Shown: positions 44,920 to 57,000 of the stretch, in pieces
How positions within the stretch are numbered: the stretch's first letter is position 1
How the letters are laid out: each line of letters begins with the position of its first letter
From: Macrostomum lignano
Lineage: Eukaryota
Length of the DNA stretch: 64,000 bases
NCBI GenBank assembly: GCA_002269645.1
Contig: NIVC01000309.1
Location: 186,001-250,000, forward strand
Direction: 5' to 3'
Translations under genes and position numbers: made by a program
The notes under the pieces: model-generated
Seen by the model: only the letters and a program-made list of their open reading frames with translations
The model's database searches: none
Told to the model about the DNA's origin: nothing

Positions 44920-47322
44920 CGACCAGTTGACGGCCCGGTGAGCAATGCTTCTCCTGTCGTCTGGGTCAAAAAGAAAGATGGAACCCTAAGGATGTGCGCT
45001 GACTACAGCGTTCACGTCAACGCAAAGATCAAGTCAGAGGACTATCCCATCCCTAGCGTGGAGCACCTATTTTCCAAACTAAAAAACGCCAAGAAGTTTG
45101 CCAAAGTAGACTTGAGGTCGGCCTATTGGCAGATCGAATTGGACGAGGCTGCTCAGGATCTCTCAATAATTAACACATCCAAAGGATTATTTCGCGTGAA
45201 AAGACTTCAGATGGGAATGAAGAATGCATCTTTTATTTTTCAGCGCGCGATGGAAAGTATTCTGTCAGACCTAAAGGGCGTTCTCATCTACCAAGACGAC
45301 GTATTAGTTTTCGCCGAAAACAGTGATTCACTACAGAAAAGACTTCGTGCTGTGAAGACTAGGCTGGCAGAAAAGCATGTCACCATCAACGAAAGCAAAT
45401 GCATCGAGGCGACTGATGAAATATCATTTCTGGGATTTAAAATTTCTGCTGCTGGCATCCAACCCGATGATCGATTGGTTGAGAAAATCCGCAGCATCGC
45501 ACAACCCAAAGACAAGAAGGAGCTGGAACGATTTGTTGGTCTAATAAACTTCTTTGGAAGGCTAGTACCCAATTTCTCTGGAAAGATCCAGCCGCTAAAT
45601 CGACTGCGCAGAGCGGACGCAAACTTTCAGTGGACAGCTGAGTGTGACCGAGCCTTCAGACAACTCAAGACGGAGATTGCCTCTCAACCCATAGTCCAGC
45701 CATACTCATTAGAAAAGGAACTCACTCTTACCACAGATGCCTCCAAGGGAGCGCTTGCAGGAGTGGTCACGCAAGATGGCCATCCTGTGATCTATATTTC
45801 TCGGTGTCTTTCTACTGCCGAACAAAACTATTCGAACATAGAGCGAGAAGCCCTTGCCGTTTTTTGGGCAGTCAGCCGGCTGAAGCACTATTTACTGGGC
45901 CGCCACTTTACAATACAGACGGATCATAAGCCTCTCGAACAGCTCTTCGGCCAGTCTCGCGGGGTGCCGCTGAACACCTCCGCTCGCATTAGCAGATGGG
46001 CACTCGCGATGATGCACCTTGACTACACCATTCGCTATATACCAGGAGAGAAGATTCCACATGCCGATGCGCTTTCTCGCCTACGCTTCACTGACTCATC
46101 TAACGATTCGACGGAAGTCTGCGAAGCCATTGATTGCGTTGCCTTCGAGCCGTCTGTCATTCCCAAGAACCGGGTTGCCGCAGAGCTAGAGTTGGATGAG
46201 CTTATAAAAAAAGTGATGCACCGAATTCGCTCGGGAAACTGGGCTGGCTGTTCTCAGGCTGAGAAACCATTCCAGGCCGTATCGCAATGCCTAACTATCG
46301 AGGACGGCTTACTGTTCAAGGGTCGCCAGGTCTACATTCCGCCAAGACTGCGGAAAGAAGCTTTTCGTGCAGCGCATGACACTCACTCTGGGTCTCTGGC
46401 GACACTCAACTTCATGAGCTTGTCCTGCTGGTGGCCTGGAATGCGCGCTGACATCGAGCGATTTGTCAGCCAGTGTGATGTATGCAACAGGCTGCGGCCC
46501 AGATTGGGGAAGACCAGAGACACCTGGCCATCGACTGAATACCCGTTTCAAAAGCTTCACGTTGACTGGGCGTACGTAAAGAATGTTGGAAACATCCTGA
46601 TAGCAGTCGACTCTCACTCTGGTTGGATCGAGGCCTTTCCCTGTAAAGATCGATCCACAGATCAGATCATTAAATGCCTCAGAACTGTTTTCACACGCTT
46701 TGGTGTGCCTGAACTTTTAGTTTCGGACAATGCTCCGGAGTTCGTCAGCGATTCACTGAGAAGCTGGCTGCACCAAAATGGCATAAAGAAGATGGAATCC
46801 CCAACTTATTATCCCCAGGCCAATGGATCGGCTGAGCGAGCAGTCCAGACAGTCAAACGAGCTCTGCGGGCCTGGAACGAACGAACCACCCACGCTGAAT
46901 TTGTTCCCTATCTACAGCGATTGCTGTTTCATCACCGAAACTCATCCACGTGTAGGGGCAAGACGCCAGCTGAGATTGTTTTCGGACGCCAACTACGCGC
47001 TCCTGTAGTCTCCACGTTCAACCAAGGCGAGCGCGTTCTGTATCAGCCAACTTCGGACGTTTCACCCTCCACTGTCGAATACGTGATGAACCGAGGCCGC
47101 AACACGGCCTTCGTGTTGGACGGGAGCGAACTGCGTTTGGCAAGCGACAACCAACTTGCTCCACTGCCACACGACGATGAAGAATCAATGGCAGGAGATC
47201 CCGCAAACACGGAGGCAGGGAACCCCAGCGACAATTCGACCCAAGGCGCGCAAGAACAAGAAGCAGGTAGAATTCGCCGTAGCACCCGGATGCGTCGCCA
47301 ACCAGACCGCTACTCCTCATGA
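44920..47322 (+). CDS. pol fragment: RT, RNase H, integrase (protease missing)
   Basis: ASPVVWVKKKDG, YQDD, TTDAS/EREALA/TDHKPL, HADALSR, HHCC zinc finger, VSDNAPEF, NGSAERAVQ. Start approximate (deletion junction). Confidence 0.9.
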   Translation, partial: RPVDGPVSNASPVVWVKKKDGTLRMCADYSVHVNAKIKSEDYPIPSVEHLFSKLKNAKKFAKVDLRSAYWQIELDEAAQDLSIINTSKGLFRVKRLQMGMKNASFIFQRAMESILSDLKGVLIYQDDVLVFAENSDSLQKRLRAVKTRLAEKHVTINESKCIEATDEISFLGFKISAAGIQPDDRLVEKIRSIAQPKDKKELERFVGLINFFGRLVPNFSGKIQPLNRLRRADANFQWTAECDRAFRQLKTEIASQPIVQPYSLEKELTLTTDASKGALAGVVTQDGHPVIYISRCLSTAEQNYSNIEREALAVFWAVSRLKHYLLGRHFTIQTDHKPLEQLFGQSRGVPLNTSARISRWALAMMHLDYTIRYIPGEKIPHADALSRLRFTDSSNDSTEVCEAIDCVAFEPSVIPKNRVAAELELDELIKKVMHRIRSGNWAGCSQAEKPFQAVSQCLTIEDGLLFKGRQVYIPPRLRKEAFRAAHDTHSGSLATLNFMSLSCWWPGMRADIERFVSQCDVCNRLRPRLGKTRDTWPSTEYPFQKLHVDWAYVKNVGNILIAVDSHSGWIEAFPCKDRSTDQIIKCLRTVFTRFGVPELLVSDNAPEFVSDSLRSWLHQNGIKKMESPTYYPQANGSAERAVQTVKRALRAWNERTTHAEFVPYLQRLLFHHRNSSTCRGKTPAEIVFGRQLRAPVVSTFNQGERVLYQPTSDVSPSTVEYVMNRGRNTAFVLDGSELRLASDNQLAPLPHDDEESMAGDPANTEAGNPSDNSTQGAQEQEAGRIRRSTRMRRQPDRYSS

Positions 47323-48783
47323 CTGCTAAAAAAACGCATTAGCTACACATTACGAGTAACCAAATGAAACCTGACACGCTGGATTTGAATTAGTTATCTG
47401 TTGAGTTCCTAACATAAAGTTTACATTGTTCGGAGACATAGTTCAACTCTTTCCTTCTGGAGGGAGACATGACATACGCTCGTGCAATAGTCTATGGCCG
47501 CTGCGCCCAAATGCCGCCTCCCTCATCCCTTCCTAATATATAAGTGTCCTAGTTTCATAATCTTGGTACAAGCCCCGCTATCATTTGTGGTCCTAAAGCC
47601 AAATAAACAAGCAAAGCAAGATACGAGCTTCGTTATTCATCAAGCACTAGAGTTGCCAGCAGAGCATCACAGTTGACAACTTGAAAATTGAAAATCCTGA
47701 TTGCTGATGATTAAGCAATACAGTAACTATGTAATTCAAAATTAATGATGATCGATAGGTGTGCTCGTAATTTATAGATAGTCGCTTGACAACCAAATAC
47801 AGCGGCTGCAAATACAAATGTTAAAATTTGTTTTTAAAGCTATTTAAAGCTGTTTAAAAATGTCTGGTACATGTGTAACTGAAAAGAATGACATCGAACA
47901 ATACGATCGTATAGGACCTTGTTTCTCGATCACGATTCCAAAAAAGATCTATTTAATTCCAAAAACTCATTAATAAGAAATTTGCTAGTTTTGGCTTATA
48001 GTTGCTTATAAGTTCTTTTAAATCACAGATAGTGGTGCCATTTTAAGACCTTCTTTTAAATGATTCACAATCTATATCTTTACTTCAAGAGCTATATATT
48101 TAATACTGAGTCTTATTTCGCAAATATACCAATTGTATAGTTACATGCCTAGCAAAAGCTTGTTGGTGATAGCATATTGTACTTTAAAATACCGCCGATA
48201 AACACTAATTAAAGTATGTCACGTGATGTTTAAATACAAATGCATGGCATGAGAGCCTAGAGACAGGACGGAGGCGTGTCTTTGATTCAGTCAGCTGTTT
48301 TCTGATATCAACAATGAATCATATAGAAAGCTTGAGTTACAGTAGTGTGATCAGAGAAACACTTGCTTTCGCCAAATATAGAGTGTTTTTGAGCTCCAAC
48401 TAGGCATTGCAAATCCATAGAGCGGCATTATCACTCAAGCGGCTTATTTGATGTTTGATCTTCTTATCAGCTGTAAGACTAAATCAAATGTGAGTTCGAA
48501 TTAGACTCATATTAAAATGAATATGACAGTAAAAAACAGCTTAATTTCTAGATAATACCGGAGTACGCCGGGTGTCGAAGGCAGAGCGGAAAATCTACCG
48601 TCACAAGGTCAGAGCAGCTCTATTGAACAGCTTTGAGTACTTTTTGAGTTGGTTTCACCTTGACCTGGCTGCTTGGCCAAGCGCATAAATGCCGGACCAT
48701 GAAAGACATATACATGTCGCAAACCAGTCAGCAAAGTAGCTGTATAAAAAGCTAAAAATAGCGCCTAAAAATTCTCCGAGATA

Positions 48784-49163
48784 GAGCCTCTTCACGGCAA
48801 TCGGTTCTAGAACCAGAATAAATTCGAGTTCTAGAACCAGAACCAGTGTGAAATGAGGAGCTTCGAACCCATTTTATGTTTGACAGTCTTTACAACTTAA
48901 TTTTGTCGTTCTTTGACTTTGTTTCCTCTTGGATATGACAAAAAAGGAATAATTATATAACAATAATAAAAAATTGACGATTTCAAATATATTTTACTGT
49001 TAAAGTGTAAACATGACAACGGTTCGAGAAAATTTCTCGAACCATATTCTAGAACCAGAACCATGTTCTGGAACTGATTCTGTTTTTCGAACCATCGATA
49101 TGAAGAGCGTCGAACCAGTTCGGAACCGGTTCCGTTTTTCGAACCGGCGATATGAAGAGGCTC
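48784..49163. mobile_element. MITE, PIF/Harbinger-like
   Basis: 11-bp perfect TIR GAGCCTCTTCA; 3-bp TSD ATA; subterminal TCTAGAACC/TTCGAACC repeats. Confidence 0.7.
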
Positions 49164-49791
49164 ATAGGCAAGCAGGTGATGATATCAAATTTGATTTCAC
49201 CGCTTTTATTGTTCAAGATCATTTGCATCTCCTTATTACCAATTTTAATGTGGGTCTGCGAATTGCGAAACAAAAAGAAAAAAGTGTTGCAATTCGATAG
49301 TACGTACTGAATGTACTAAAATTAATTGTAGCAATATATTGGTTTATTTGATTCGATTGTCAGTTTATCGTTCGTCAACAGTTGGAAGAACAATTTAATA
49401 TGAATTGAGAAGGGATACTGTGCGAGAAAGTAATCGAAATAAAACTACTCACAACAGAGAGACAATAAATTTAAATTTACATATTTACATGCAAAAATTG
49501 CTGCAGATTATTTTTGCCTTTTTAAATTAAAACATTAAAAACATAAAACAAAGACTCCAGTGCCATGGATGCTTAATGCATACACGCAAAAAAGACAACT
49601 AAAAAGTAAGAATGAATAGCAAATAAATAATTCTAAAAAATGTGACACTTGTGAAACGCTCGCACAACATTTTCTCGCATCATATCTATGAAGTACCTGC
49701 ACTTAGCAACTGAGTAGCATCTGCTGGCTGCCTTCATCATGCTGCAAGAAGAAAAATTTTAGTGCAAATCAGAGTTCTCTTGTGCTCAAAA

Positions 49792-51372
49792 TTACACTCT
49801 CGGTTCCATCACCAGCTGGTAGTTCTTTGGCGACCAGACCAGGCCGTCGGAGCCCTCCATCAGCCTGGCGACGTACTCCGGGGTCACGTCGCCCGCCAGA
49901 CGAAATCGGTAGCGTCGAATGAGCTCGACGGTCACCAGAGTGATCTGCAGCTCGGCCAGGCGCTCTCCCGGACACGAGCGCGGCCCGACAGAGAACGGGA
50001 TGACCTCGGCCGGCTTCTTGAACTGGCCGCCGGGTCCGGTGAGGAACCTGGCCGGATCGAACTGGTCTGGCGCAGCGCCGAATACTGTCGAACTGCGCAG
50101 GGCCTCGCGCAGATTGGGGAAGACCCATGCGCCTGCTGGCACCCGGTAGCCTAACACCACAATGTCCTCCTTGGCGCAGTGATTTATGGCTGTAGGCAGC
50201 GGCGGATGAAGTCGCAGCACCTCGGTGATCAGAGCGCGCAGGCCCGGAGCTTCTTGGCAATCGGCAGCAGTGAGCGCACTGAGCTCCTTGAACAGCTCAT
50301 CCTGGTAGTCTCCATTCCGATGAGTTGCCAAGTAGAGGAAGATCCACTTCAGACAGCTCGACGTCGTGTCAGTTGCTCCGATGAGAAGGTCAAAGATGGT
50401 CACCACCAGGCCGCTGTCGATGTAGTTCTCCATGCTGGCCAGCTCCGCGCTGTTCACAGCCGTCTCAACGAAGAATGTCGCATCGCCGCAGCCGCTGTTG
50501 GAGAGCTGATTAGCCTGACGAATCTGGTCCTCGATGAAGCTTAACAACAGTTTGATGCTGCGCTGGGCCGCTCGAGTCTTCTTCACCAGGTAGAAGAGCA
50601 AGTTGGGAAATGCCATCAGGTAGGGCAGCAGGACGGATGTGGCGAAGGTGGAGTAGATATCCTTCTGCACAATGGTTTGCACAGCCTCGAGTCTGCTGGT
50701 GAAATTCTGATTGTCGGAGGCGCGCTGACCGAAGATGATGCGGAACACGATGTTGGCGGTGATGCGGGTGAACAGCTCGCTGGGGACTGGCTCCCCGGGA
50801 ACCTGTTCTTCTAGGCTCAGCTGCAGCTCCTCGTGCATCAAGGACTCCAGGTTGCCCCGATGCGAGCGAATCTGCGATATGAACCGGTGCACAAACTGCC
50901 GCTGCCTCCTCCAGGCCGGGCCCTCGCCCAGGGCCAGTCCGTTGCCATTGAACAGCTTCTTGGACCACAGCCCCTGCGGCCGGCCCGACAGCGCCTCGCC
51001 GTGCTCCTTCAGCGCGTCAATGGCTTTCAAACTGTTCAATGAGACCCAGCACTTGCCGGCTAGTTGGAAGGCGAATATTTCGCCGTACAGGCGCGCACCT
51101 TCGGGCAGCCAGCGTCGGTACGGCAGCTGCATGAATGGGTAGGAGCCGACAACTGGCAGACTGGGAGGTCCGGGCAGCTGCCGTCCCGCCGGCCTCTCTG
51201 TCGCAGATTCTTCAGCAATCGATTTGCGTTTCTGTCGAAGTTTTCGACGCAGTTTGGTCGCCGTGCAGCCGGCCGCGGTGAGCAGAATGGTGGAGACGAG
51301 CAGAATTTTGAGTAGGGCGATGGCTGAATCGGCTAATAACAAGTCGTACGGGTGCACGTTGAGCTGGTCCAT
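49792..51372 (-). CDS. Cytochrome P450, CYP2 clan, intronless, 526 aa
   Basis: N-terminal TM, PGPPSLPVVG hinge, WRRQR, GATDTT, EVLR, FDPARF, heme loop FSVGPRSCPGERLA. Confidence 0.95.
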   Translation of the reverse strand: MDQLNVHPYDLLLADSAIALLKILLVSTILLTAAGCTATKLRRKLRQKRKSIAEESATERPAGRQLPGPPSLPVVGSYPFMQLPYRRWLPEGARLYGEIFAFQLAGKCWVSLNSLKAIDALKEHGEALSGRPQGLWSKKLFNGNGLALGEGPAWRRQRQFVHRFISQIRSHRGNLESLMHEELQLSLEEQVPGEPVPSELFTRITANIVFRIIFGQRASDNQNFTSRLEAVQTIVQKDIYSTFATSVLLPYLMAFPNLLFYLVKKTRAAQRSIKLLLSFIEDQIRQANQLSNSGCGDATFFVETAVNSAELASMENYIDSGLVVTIFDLLIGATDTTSSCLKWIFLYLATHRNGDYQDELFKELSALTAADCQEAPGLRALITEVLRLHPPLPTAINHCAKEDIVVLGYRVPAGAWVFPNLREALRSSTVFGAAPDQFDPARFLTGPGGQFKKPAEVIPFSVGPRSCPGERLAELQITLVTVELIRRYRFRLAGDVTPEYVARLMEGSDGLVWSPKNYQLVMEPRV

Positions 51373-52344
51373 GATTGCTCAAAATCTTGCAAGCTGGCGC
51401 TGGCACTGGGTCGCACTGCAAATTATACGGGCCTTCCTTCTTGAGCTATGGCGCTTAAATAGACAGGCTGGCCTCTGCCCACCTGCTGACCTTCACTGTG
51501 TGTATCGGTCGAAGCCACGTGAGCAGATTGCGTAGCGTTCGCTCGCGGTGAGCAGTAGTGGTCAGTGATAACTGAAATGAAAAAAACACATTCTCCCCGG
51601 CTACTCACACGACCCTACGCTATTTATCAGCGTCATTAAGTGCTGGCGCACCAGTTGCAGAGTCGGTTTGGAGCAGTGGCTAGTATTTTTAGAAATGAAG
51701 AGATAATAAAAAATTCTTTTAAACTCAACTTGATTGAATACGAAATGGACAAACTACTGTAGAAATACGGAGGCTATTTGGGACTCTGAAAGCATGCCTG
51801 TAAAAATCCAGGCAGGCCCCTTGAGCACACTTGAGAACACAGTTTTTTGGCACAATTTCGTGCTAACTCTGCTCAACGGTCCTCCATCCCTATTTTTGAG
51901 GAGGAAGTCAAGGCTATGTCATGCCCTTTCCGGATTGATGCTTTCTTTGCGGAAAACTTGACTTAACTTTCTTAGAATTATAAATTTATACGATTGTGAA
52001 CTAATGGACGTAAAAATGCTGAACTGACTGGAGGACCAGTGCACTTGAAAGTGACTCAAACTTTCTTAACGAACCGCGGAGCTGCACCTAACGGTGAGTG
52101 ACAGGTAAGTAATTGATAAAATCTTGCTTACAATCACAGTAATTACAGCACAGAGTACCGAAGAAGCACTTCAAATCAAACTTAAAGTTGGGCCTGCTTG
52201 GCATATGCGCCCGAGTTTGCCAACCAAAGCAACCCCTCACGCATGGGTGCCAACTTTGCACCCTAATCTGCGTCTGATTAAAGTTTAACAGCACTCTACT
52301 GAGGCACTCGCTGGTTCAGCATTAAGAAAAACTACTTTAATACC

Positions 52345-52875
52345 AGGATGCTTACTGCAAGACCAAGATGCTTACTGCAAGACCAAGATGCTTACTGCGA
52401 GACCAAGATGCTTACTGCGAGACCAAGATGCTTACTGCGAGACCAAGCTGCTTACTGCGAGACCAAGATGCTAACTGCAAGACCAAGATGCTTACTGCGA
52501 GACCAAGATGCTTACTGCGAGACCAAGATGCTAACTGCAAGACCAAGCTGCTTACTGCAAGACTATGCTGCTTGCTGCAAGACCAAGATGCTTAATTTAC
52601 TGCAATACCAAGTCAAGGATGCTCACAAAAAGTCGATGATGCTCACAGCAAGTCAATGATGCTCACTGCAAGACCAAGCTGCTTGCTGCAAGACCAAGAT
52701 GCTTAATTTACTGCAATACCAAGTCAAGAATGCTCACAGCAAGTCAATGATGCTCACAACAAGTCAATGATGCTCACAGCAAGTCAATGATGCTCACAGC
52801 AAGTCAATGATGTTCACAGTCACAGCAAGTCAATGATGCTCACAGCAAGTCAATGATGTTTACTGCAAGTCTAAG
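52345..52875. repeat. Two related 20-bp minisatellites
   Basis: GACCAAGATGCTTACTGCGA, then CAAGTCAATGATGCTCACAG. Confidence 0.9.
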
Positions 52876-54036
52876 ATTATCACTACTAACAAGTCTCTCC
52901 AAATCACTGCAAGTAAGACACAAGGACAACTAAAGTGAAAACTTTAGTAGTCCTTGGTAAGACATTAAACCATTAGACACAGAGTAACACATTAGAGTGT
53001 AAGAAAAGCTCTCTATTCATGTCCGTTAGCGCGATAGCCGTACAAGTGCAGCTGCACTTTGCTTGCTTGCACTCAGACTTCTTGCGCCTTCATGACGAAG
53101 CTTCACTACTGCTACGTCATTTAGGATAGACTTTTAATCTGCATGCCGATCAAGCGCTATCAAATCTCTGCAGTTAGGGGTGCAATGACAGTAACCACGG
53201 TAACCACGGTAAATCAGTGTTATCTGGTTTATTCAATATATTAAGGTACAAGTGCCGCGTGGAAAGAACTTTGAAATGTTTGTATGTGATGCCAATTAGT
53301 TGGTTGAGAGCATACGTATACTCATGCGCATTCGTGCTTATATCTGCGTGGATGTCAAGGCTCATGGAAAATTTTTGAAATTCTGTGACTCAAGGGGGAA
53401 TTCCTGACACTTCAAGGCTTATGGGCGGTTGCTCAGATGATTTGAGCCAAAGTTCATAGCGGATGCTGATATCTTAGGCCAGATAGCACTGGCTTTCAGG
53501 GTGGATGCTTTATTTGCTCGAAACATATTTTTCCTTAAAAAATTAACAATAGTGACTGTACAAGCTGACAAGGTCAAAACTTTTACATGCATTATTATTC
53601 CTTTGTAATGTAAATTATGCATTTCTTGTTGCCTCCCCAAACGGGGCTGCAGATTTCTAAAGTGAGCTAAAGAAGCTGCATGTAAACGTAAAATTACACG
53701 TAGCTTGCTTCGTTGCATTTTTGTGGAGCGTAATAGCTTGAGGTTCAAGCGCTGAAATTTGGACTTCCGGGACACTTGTCATAATTCTTTAAAGCAACTA
53801 GTATAGCACTTAGCACACGACGTGAATTCTGCGAACTAGTTTATACGTACATGTACGATCGATGCTGATCGACCTCCAAAGTGGATAGCGAACGGCGCAA
53901 TTGTACAAATTGCATGCAAGCCATCAGATGCAGTAACTAAGGGTTCACTGTAAATATACTGAGTTCTGCAAGCGGATTCAGGGGGTCAAGGGGGGTTTGC
54001 TTGTTGGCTGACGACCCAATAGATCACTGTACAAAC

Positions 54037-57000
54037 TGTGGTGAGCGAGAGACAAGCCAGTCAGGTTTAGTCCAACAAACAAAATTTAAACCCTCACCCA
54101 AAGGGTGGAGCTATTCTTATATTTACTCGAGAACGCATGTACATATACAAACAGAGCGCGCATGTACATCGGATCCCTTGACCCCCAAACACCGACTAGC
54201 AAAACAACCCAGTGAGTAAACTCACTTTACAACATTCACCCTCCTCCTTAACAGTCACTAATTCCCTTCACAGCTGGCAATCAATGCGTCACGACCTGGC
54301 CGTACCACAACGGTGGTGCCCGCAGTCGCGTACTGCGCCGCAGCTCCGCGTCGGCCTCAGCGGTCGCCGGCGGCGGGTCCGTCGGGCCTTCTGGCGCTGC
54401 CGCCTCTGCAGCCACTGGCGGCTGTGGCGGCATTGCCGTTGCTGAAGTCGTGCTGGCACCCTCGGGCTCCGCATGAGGCATACAGAGGCTGGTGTGCCAC
54501 CTTGAGCCGTCCTCTAACCTGACGATCGTCGGGCTGATGATGTCGCTGACCCGTAGAGGTGGTGACACGTGGCTCTGCAGCTTGCCTCGCATCCGCGGAG
54601 ATCGCACTCGCACCAGGTCGCCGACCCGGAATTGGCGCGGCGGCTGCCGGGATCTGTTGAGCCGCTTGAACTGCCGTCTTTGCCGCTCCTGGATCTGATC
54701 GGCCAGTGGGTGCTCTCGAGTCGCTCGCTTCGGCTGCAGCGTCCACAGCGGCGTGGTGATCTTGCGGCCGAGCATCAGCTCCGCTGGCGTCACGCCGGTC
54801 AGCGCATGCGGTGTCGATCGGTACGCCCACAGGATGGACTGCACCGCTTCCAGGAACGAGTAGCCGTCTTGAAGGTGGCTCTTCAAGCCCTCTTTGACTA
54901 CGCGGTTCAGGCGCTCCACTCCGGAATTTCCTTGAGGGTGGTAGAACGGAGTCTGACGATGATTGATGCCGTACGCCTTTAGGAAGTCGTTGAACTCCTG
55001 GGAGATGAACTGGGGTCCTCCATCGGTGGTGATTACGCGCGGAATGCCCCAGCGACAAAACAGCGCCGTGAGACTCTTGATGATAGTCGCAGACGTCGCT
55101 GAAGAGAGGCAGACCAGTTCGGGCCACTTTGAATGCAGGTCATGTACACCGAGTATGAAACGGCAGTTCTGTGGTGCACCCTCGTGCAGCTCTCCGAACA
55201 AGTCGATCTGCAGCTCTGTCCACGGTTCCTTCGGCCACTTGGTCGGGGTCAGCACTGTCCGATGCGGCTTAAAGCTCTTCTCACTGATGATGCACGCAGA
55301 GCAGCTGCTGACGAACCTCTCGATGTCGCTGTCCATTTTGGGCCACCACGCGGTGTCTCGGCAGTGATGCTTGGTCCTGCTGACTCCCTTGTGACCTTGA
55401 TGCGCTAAGTCGAGCACTCGCTGGCGCAATTCTTCCGGTATGACGGCACGAGTTCCCATGGCCAAGCACCTGCCGTTGCTCCAAACAGTCAGCTCGTTCC
55501 TAACACTCCAGTAGGGCAGCAGGCGCTCATCGAGCTTTTTCTTGTCTGGCCAACCGGAAACTGTGAACTCTGCGACTCGTGCCAGGAGCTCGTCCTTTGA
55601 CGTTGCCTCCGCCAGTTCGTCCTCGGTGACCACGGTCAGCGCCTCGGCCAGGAGCACTCTTTGGACTTCCAGACCGTCTGTTTCATCGCCTTCCGTCGGC
55701 TCGGCCGTGTCCTGGCAGCGCGACAGAAAGTCAGGCACGATGTTCTTGGCACCCGGGACGTACTTGACGGTGAAGGAGTAGTTTAACAAACGATCAGCCC
55801 AGCGATGCAGTCTGAGTGGCCGGTGTCCGCTCCCAGATGATGATAGCAGCGTGGTGAGAGCCTGGTGATCGGTGTGGAGCTCGAACCGTCGGCCGTAAAG
55901 GAAGAAGTTCCAGCGCTCACAGGCGAAGATGCAGGCCAGGGCTTCCCTCTCGCTCGCCGAGTAGCGGCGCTCCGTAGCACTCAGAGTTCGGCTCGCAAAG
56001 GCAACCGGGCGCCACTGGCCGTCGGAGTCTTGCTGGAGGAGAATCGCACCGAGAGCTGATGCTGAGCTGTCGCAGCTGACGATGATCGGCTGATCTGCGT
56101 CGAAAAACTTGAGGCAAGGTGGCTTGCACACTCCTGCCTTCAGCTGCTCAAAAGCCTGCTGGCACTCACTGGTCCACTTCCACGGCTCGTCCTTCCTCAG
56201 CAGTTTCATGAGGGGCTCCGCCGTGCTGGAGAGGCTGGGAATGAAGTTGCCGAAGTACTTCACGACGCCTAGAAACGCAGCCACTTCCTTGGTGTTCGTT
56301 GGCGGCTGTACCTTCTCGATAGCTTCGACGTGTGACTGCAACGGGCGGACTCCAGAAGCGCTCAGCTCATAGCCTAGGAAGTTGACCTTGTCCTGGCGCC
56401 AGGTGCACTTGGCCGTATTGATAGTCACGTTGTGCGTCATCAGAGCTTGCAGCACCTTGAACAGGCGCTTGTCGTGCTCTTCTCTTGATGCCGCGTGCAC
56501 TACGATGTCGTCAATAAAGTGCACTGCGCCTTTGATGCCACTGAGGATCTTAGCCATCACCTTCTGGAACGCAGCCGGTGCACTACTCAGGCCGAAGCAC
56601 ACCCTCCGATATCGATATAGGCCTCGCTCCGTCACGAACGTGGTCAGATTTCTGCAGTCCTCGGACAACTCCAGTTGCAGGTAAGACGAATTCAGGTCCA
56701 ACTTGGAGAAGCATCGCGACCCGGCAAACTCGGCGGAGAGCTCCTCAAAGGTCGGAAGTGGGTATCTGTCCGGTATGATGCTCTTGTTTGGGCCTCTCAG
56801 GTCGTTGCAGATCCGGATCGAGCCGTTCGCCTTTGGCACCACGACTAGGTTTGACACCCAGTCTGAGGCGTCGACCTCCTCGATGATGTCTTGCTGCAGC
56901 AGCTGGTCGATCTCCTTTTGAACCGAATCTCTTAGGCTGAGCGGCACTCTGCGCAACGGTTGAGCAGTCGGTTGCACCGCGGGGTTGACTCGCGGCCTGT

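Larger units (their letters stand above)
44119..47671 (+). mobile_element. Ty3/Gypsy (Mag-like) LTR retrotransposon with internal deletion, 3553 bp
   Basis: Identical 202-bp LTRs (44119-44320, 47470-47671); TSD GTTGA; PBS TGGCGTCGCAAGC; PPT GGAGGGAGA. Confidence 0.95.

Noticed and set aside
53044-53075. Palindrome as a Helitron 3' hairpin
   Set aside because: No CTRR terminus at the expected distance and no 5' TC end identified.
53419-53775. 118-aa basic minus-strand ORF
   Set aside because: No recognisable domain or splice context; cannot be supported.
53975-54190. 12-bp inverted match (CCCTTGACCCCC) between the flank and the LTR
   Set aside because: Low-complexity and short; the element boundaries are already fixed by the CAAAC TSD.
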